DNA from: an uncultured Kiritimatiellaceae bacterium
GTDB lineage: Bacteria; Verrucomicrobiota; Kiritimatiellia; Kiritimatiellales; Pontiellaceae
Assembly (NCBI GenBank): GCA_964014015.1
Contig: CAXGYR010000001.1
Span: 1,260-65,259, forward strand
Direction: 5' to 3'
Length of the DNA: 64,000 nt
Part shown: one piece after another, positions 59,761 through 64,000 of the stretch
How positions within the stretch are numbered: the stretch's first letter is position 1
Layout: each line of letters begins with the position of its first letter
Made by a program: the position numbers and the translations under genes
The notes under the pieces: generated by a model
What the model was told of the DNA's origin: nothing
The model's database searches: none
What the model saw: only the letters and a program-made list of their open reading frames with translations

Positions 59761-60391
59761 AGAGAGTAAAACTATCATATTTGCACTGGGGGTCTGTATT
59801 ATCTGCAGTGTGCTTCTCTCCGGATTAGCTGCCGGGTTGAAGAGTATACAAACAGCCAACCAAGCGTTTGACGTAAAGCGTAACATCGTTAAAGCCTTTG
59901 GCATTGATATCGGCACTATGAGCCGTGGTGATATTGAAAATTACTACACTACTCATATCTCTAAAGAGCAAGTCGCCTCCCCCTCCGGTAATGTGCCGAT
60001 TTACATGTGGAGAGAAAGTGCAGAAGCCGATCCTTCAAAATATGCCTTTCCCATTGCAGGAAAAGGTTTATGGAGCATGATGTATGGCTACCTCTCCATT
60101 GAATCAGATCTCGAAACCGTTGCGGGTATCAGTTTCTATAAACACGGAGAAACACCGGGGCTGGGAGCTGAAATTGAGAAACCTTGGTTCCAATCTCAGT
60201 TCGCTGGCAAGAAACTCTATGAGAACGGATCACCGACCGACTTCCGTGTATTGAAGCCCGGTTCCGATTTGGATCAATCTTCTGTGGATGGCATTTCAGG
60301 ATCAACGATGACTTCGAAGGGAGTTCAAGCCTTGATTCAACGCGATGCCGCCACCTATTCAGAATACTTTAACAAAATCAGAGGGGGATAA
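59753..60391 (+). CDS. nqrC: Na+-NQR subunit C
   Basis: [28 protein letters not shown]. Confidence 0.95.
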   Translation: MREESKTIIFALGVCIICSVLLSGLAAGLKSIQTANQAFDVKRNIVKAFGIDIGTMSRGDIENYYTTHISKEQVASPSGNVPIYMWRESAEADPSKYAFPIAGKGLWSMMYGYLSIESDLETVAGISFYKHGETPGLGAEIEKPWFQSQFAGKKLYENGSPTDFRVLKPGSDLDQSSVDGISGSTMTSKGVQALIQRDAATYSEYFNKIRGG

Positions 60392-60393
60392 GC

Positions 60394-60993
60394 ATGGCAT
60401 CTGCGAAAAAACTGGTGACCGATCCATTTTCGGACAACAACCCAATTACCGTTCAGGCTCTTGGGGTCTGCTCGGCGCTGGCGGTAACCGTCAGCCTGCA
60501 ACCGGCCATCGTTATGACGTTGGCTCTCACGTTTGTTGTTACCGCTTCAAACTTGATCATTTCGCTCTTGCGGAAAGTGATTCCGGGCGGCATTCGAATG
60601 ATTGTTGAAATGGCGGTTATTGCATCGCTCGTAATTGTTACAGACCAGTTGCTCAAGGCATATTTGTTTGATGTTAGCAAACAGTTGAGCGTCTTTGTTG
60701 GCTTGATCATTACCAACTGTATTGTAATGGGTCGTGCGGAAGCTTTTGCACTTCAGAATCCTCCTAAAGCATCTCTGCTCGATGGGTTAGGCAACGGAGT
60801 TGGCTATGGTATCATTTTGATCTCTGTAGCAGCGGTGCGTGAGTTTTTTGGATTTGGTTCTCTATACGGTTTCAAAATTCTACCTGAAAGCTACATGGGC
60901 AACGGTCTCGCACTGCTTGCTCCCGGTGCTTTTATTGTTCTCGGATTGCTGATCTGGATTCAGCGCAGTTTTAACAAGTTTGTTGAGGAGTAA
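60394..60993 (+). CDS. nqrD: Na+-NQR subunit D
   Basis: [34 protein letters not shown]. Confidence 0.96.
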   Translation: MASAKKLVTDPFSDNNPITVQALGVCSALAVTVSLQPAIVMTLALTFVVTASNLIISLLRKVIPGGIRMIVEMAVIASLVIVTDQLLKAYLFDVSKQLSVFVGLIITNCIVMGRAEAFALQNPPKASLLDGLGNGVGYGIILISVAAVREFFGFGSLYGFKILPESYMGNGLALLAPGAFIVLGLLIWIQRSFNKFVEE

Positions 60994-60998
60994 AAGAG

Positions 60999-61610
60999 AT
61001 GGAATATTTAAATTTAGCAATCAAAGCGATTTTCATCGAAAACATTCTGCTCGCCTACTTCTTAGGCATGTGCTCATTTTTGGCGTGTTCGAAGAAAGTA
61101 GATACAGCCACCGGACTCGGCTTGGCGGTTATTTTCGTACTGACGATAACCGTACCGACTAACTGGGCGATCAATAACTTTTTGCTCAAACCCGGCGCGT
61201 TGACGTGGATTAGCCCAAGTTTTGCGAGTGTAGACCTCAGCTTCCTAAGTTTGATCTGCTTTATCGCGACTATCGCGTCCATGGTACAGCTGGTTGAAAT
61301 GGTGCTGGATAAATTCTTCCCCCCGCTCTATCACGCATTGGGCATCTTCTTACCGCTTATCACAGTAAACTGCTCTATTTTGGGAGGCTCTCTCTTCATG
61401 GTTGAGCGTAATTACACTGTTGTGGAGTCAACGGTTTATGGCTTCAGCTCGGGTATTGGTTGGCTTTTGGCCATCGTAAGCATGGCAGCTATCCGTAAAA
61501 AACTTCGCTACTCTCACCTTCCGGATGGACTCAAAGGACTGGGGATCACAATGGTAATGACCGGCCTAATGGCGATGGCATTCATGTGCTTCTCTGGGAT
61601 TAACCTATAA
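60999..61610 (+). CDS. nqrE: Na+-NQR subunit E
   Basis: [26 protein letters not shown]. Confidence 0.96.
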   Translation: MEYLNLAIKAIFIENILLAYFLGMCSFLACSKKVDTATGLGLAVIFVLTITVPTNWAINNFLLKPGALTWISPSFASVDLSFLSLICFIATIASMVQLVEMVLDKFFPPLYHALGIFLPLITVNCSILGGSLFMVERNYTVVESTVYGFSSGIGWLLAIVSMAAIRKKLRYSHLPDGLKGLGITMVMTGLMAMAFMCFSGINL

Positions 61611-61669
61611 TTGTAATGGAACAACATAAACTAACGAACGTAAGCATTAACTAAACAACGGGATAAATT

Positions 61670-62902
61670 ATGGAAAGTACGAGCTATGTTATCACAAGTG
61701 TTGTCGTCTTCACCGTCGTCATCATGGCATTGGTTATGATTTTAATGGCCGCCGCCAAAAAATTGGTTCCACAAGGATTTGCCAAGCTCTCCATTAATGA
61801 GGGTTCCCGCGAGATTGATGTTAAGCCCGGCACATCGCTGTTGTCAGCGCTGACTAATGAGAAGATATTCCTTCCATCTGCCTGTGGCGGCGGTGGCACC
61901 TGCGCCATGTGTAAATGTAAAGTTCTAGAAGGAGGCGGCGATCTGCTCCCGACTGAGGCCGGACAAGTTACCAAAGCGGAAGCCAAGGAAGGTGTTCGCC
62001 TTGCCTGTCAGCTAAAAGTTAAAGATGACATGGTACTGGATATTGAACCTGAAATTCTAGACATCAAGAAATACGAATGTACGGTTCGGTCTAACGAAAA
62101 CGTGGCAACCTTTATTAAAGAACTGGTTGTTGAGTTGCCAAAGGGACAAAAACTTGATTTCCGTGCCGGTGGTTACATCCAGATCGATGTGCCAGCATAC
62201 AAGGGTCTTGAGTATAAGAATTTTGAAATCGGTGACGAATATCGGAGCGATTGGGAGCAATTCAATATGTTTGAACTAGTTGCCAACAATGATGAGGACT
62301 GCTTCCGCGCCTATTCGATGGCTAGCTTCCCATTAGAAGACGATATCATCATGCTGAATATCCGTATTGCATCTCCCCCGCCAGGGACTGAATATCCTCC
62401 CGGAATCTGCTCGAGTTATGTATTCGACCTCAAGCCGGGCGATAAGATCACCATCTCTGGTCCTTATGGAGAATTCTTTGCACAGGAAACCGATCGCGAA
62501 ATGTGCTTCATTGGTGGCGGTGCCGGAATGGCTCCGATGCGCTCGCATATATTTGACCAGCTCAAACGTATCGGGTCAGATCGTCGTATTACCTTCTGGT
62601 ACGGTGGCCGTTCAAAACGCGAGCTCTTCTACATGGATGAGTTCAAACAGCTTGAAAAGGAGTTCCCTAACTTTACGCTGCACGTAGCCTTGAGTGATCC
62701 GCTACCCGAAGACAACTGGGAAGGTTCTACCGGCTTTATTCATCAGGTCTGCCTCGAAGAGTATCTCGATAAACACGAAGACCCTACTGAAGTAGAATAT
62801 TACCTTTGTGGTCCCCCGATCATGCTTCAGTGCGTGAACGAAATGGTGGATGAGTTAGGCGTTGAACCTGATATGGTTCGGGCGGACGATTTCGGCATCT
62901 AA
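61670..62902 (+). CDS. nqrF: Na+-NQR subunit F
   Basis: SACGGGGTC..C, RLACQ, RAYSMA, GGGAGMAPMRSH, YYLCGPP, DDFG. Confidence 0.97.
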   Translation: MESTSYVITSVVVFTVVIMALVMILMAAAKKLVPQGFAKLSINEGSREIDVKPGTSLLSALTNEKIFLPSACGGGGTCAMCKCKVLEGGGDLLPTEAGQVTKAEAKEGVRLACQLKVKDDMVLDIEPEILDIKKYECTVRSNENVATFIKELVVELPKGQKLDFRAGGYIQIDVPAYKGLEYKNFEIGDEYRSDWEQFNMFELVANNDEDCFRAYSMASFPLEDDIIMLNIRIASPPPGTEYPPGICSSYVFDLKPGDKITISGPYGEFFAQETDREMCFIGGGAGMAPMRSHIFDQLKRIGSDRRITFWYGGRSKRELFYMDEFKQLEKEFPNFTLHVALSDPLPEDNWEGSTGFIHQVCLEEYLDKHEDPTEVEYYLCGPPIMLQCVNEMVDELGVEPDMVRADDFGI

Positions 62903-62922
62903 CCGTTCTCCGTTCTGATATG

Positions 62923-62949
62923 AAACCCGTCTTTTTGGCGGGTTTTTTT
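62923..62949 (+). terminator. Rho-independent terminator of the nqr operon
   Basis: AAACCCGTC-loop-GGCGGGTTT followed by T-tract. Confidence 0.85.
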
Positions 62950-62999
62950 GTATCTCATTTTTTATTTGATTTCTTTTCAAGATCGTTAAACATGTAGCC

Positions 63000-63778
63000 A
63001 TGTCACTAACGATCTCCACCAAGCCCTGCGATTACACCAAGTCAGGTCGGCTTAAGAAAGAGGTATACGAAACCGTTCTAGCCGACCTTCAAATTGAACT
63101 CGTTAAGCTCCAAGAGTGGATACAAAGTGAGAAACTGAAAGTTGTCGTACTCTTTGAAGGTCGTGATGCCGCCGGTAAAGGTGGAGTGATTAAACGGATC
63201 ACGGAATGTCTTAACCCGCGTGTGGTACGCATTGTGGCACTCGGAAAACCCAATGATCGTCAACGAAACGAGTGGTATTTTAAACGGTATGTAGCAGAGC
63301 TACCTGCAGCCGGTGTTGACCGGGTGATGGGTTTTATACCAAAAGAACAGGTTACTGAATTTTTTCATAGTTGTCCGGAGTTTGAACGAATGTTGATTCG
63401 CTCAGGCACTATTCTTATTAAGTACTGGTTTTCTGTCAGCAATCGAGAACAGGAACGCCGTTTTCAGGCTCGCATAGCATCCCCACTCAAGCATTGGAAA
63501 CTGAGTGATATGGACCTTATATCACGCGAAAAATGGGTCGAATACTCAAAACAAAAGATGAAATGTTTGAGCATACGCACACGACTGAATCTCCTTGGTG
63601 GGTAGTAGAAGCGGACGATAAACGCCGCGCCCGCATCAATTGCATCGCTCACCTACTCAATCAGATTCCCTATCAGGAAAAAAATAAAGAGATCCCCACC
63701 CTGCCGCCCCGTCCGCCTGACTCAGACTATACCCGCCCACCGCATGACGATCAGAATCTGGTTCCTGAATGGGTCTAA
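63000..63778 (+). pseudogene. ppk2: Polyphosphate kinase 2 pseudogene (internal in-frame deletion plus frameshift)
   Basis: FEGRDAAGKGG Walker A present; family segment with FDRSWYNR missing (ELPAAG joins VDRVMGF); C-terminus KDEMF..T...SPW.VVEADDKRRARIN is in another frame from about 63551. Confidence 0.85.
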
Positions 63779-63781
63779 TAT

Positions 63782-64000
63782 TTATGCTAGCCGGTCGTCG
63801 GCAATATGCCAGTCGAGGTCTTGAATCACACTAAGTTCTACGATGTTGTCCGCTTTTTCCAATAATTCGTTGCACTCCATGCTCAAATTCAACAGATGCA
63901 ATTTTTTGTCATATTGAGCATAACGCCGTGTGATATTTTCAATCGCTTCAATACCAGAATGATCGTAAACCCGCGCTTGCTCAAAATCGATCACGATATG
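63782..64000 (-). CDS. C-terminal STAS domain of a SulP-family anion transporter (runs off window edge)
   Basis: VIDF..ARV.DHSGIEAI..I..RY....K.LHL..LS..C..LL. Confidence 0.8.
   Translation of the reverse strand, partial: HIVIDFEQARVYDHSGIEAIENITRRYAQYDKKLHLLNLSMECNELLEKADNIVELSVIQDLDWHIADDRLA

Noticed and set aside
63540-63560. Programmed -1 frameshift in ppk2
   Set aside because: No canonical slippery heptamer, and the product would still lack the Walker B segment
1-64000. CRISPR arrays, IS elements, prophage or defence systems; many short overlapping ORFs
   Set aside because: No repeat-spacer periodicity, transposase or phage genes seen; short ORFs lie inside well-supported genes and have no recognisable motifs

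Overview
A 64 kb, gene-dense chromosomal segment made up almost entirely of housekeeping genes. The gene content (mcsA-mcsB-clpC without ctsR, Na+-NQR, type II secretion pseudopilins, Ni-SOD, stand-alone rpsN) suggests a marine PVC-superphylum bacterium, possibly Kiritimatiellota/Verrucomicrobia-like; this is an inference. I found no prophage, IS or CRISPR array. Elements missing from the ORF track: a near-canonical XerCD dif site (39353-39380), indicating the replication terminus region; a 6S RNA upstream of rarA-ygfA; tRNA-Val(TAC); an ECF sigma factor cut by the left edge; and a sigma54-type promoter with upstream repeats in front of mcsA-mcsB-clpC. The best leads are a coupled kamA-NhaC(LysW-like)-MFS-hemW operon (possible beta-lysine module), sigma54 control of the arginine-kinase/ClpC system, abrupt G/C strand-asymmetry flips at tRNA-Val and upstream of nqr, a ppk2 pseudogene with a clean Walker B deletion, and a Ni-SOD that appears to be matured by signal peptidase. 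All calls come from reading motifs by eye; no searches were run.
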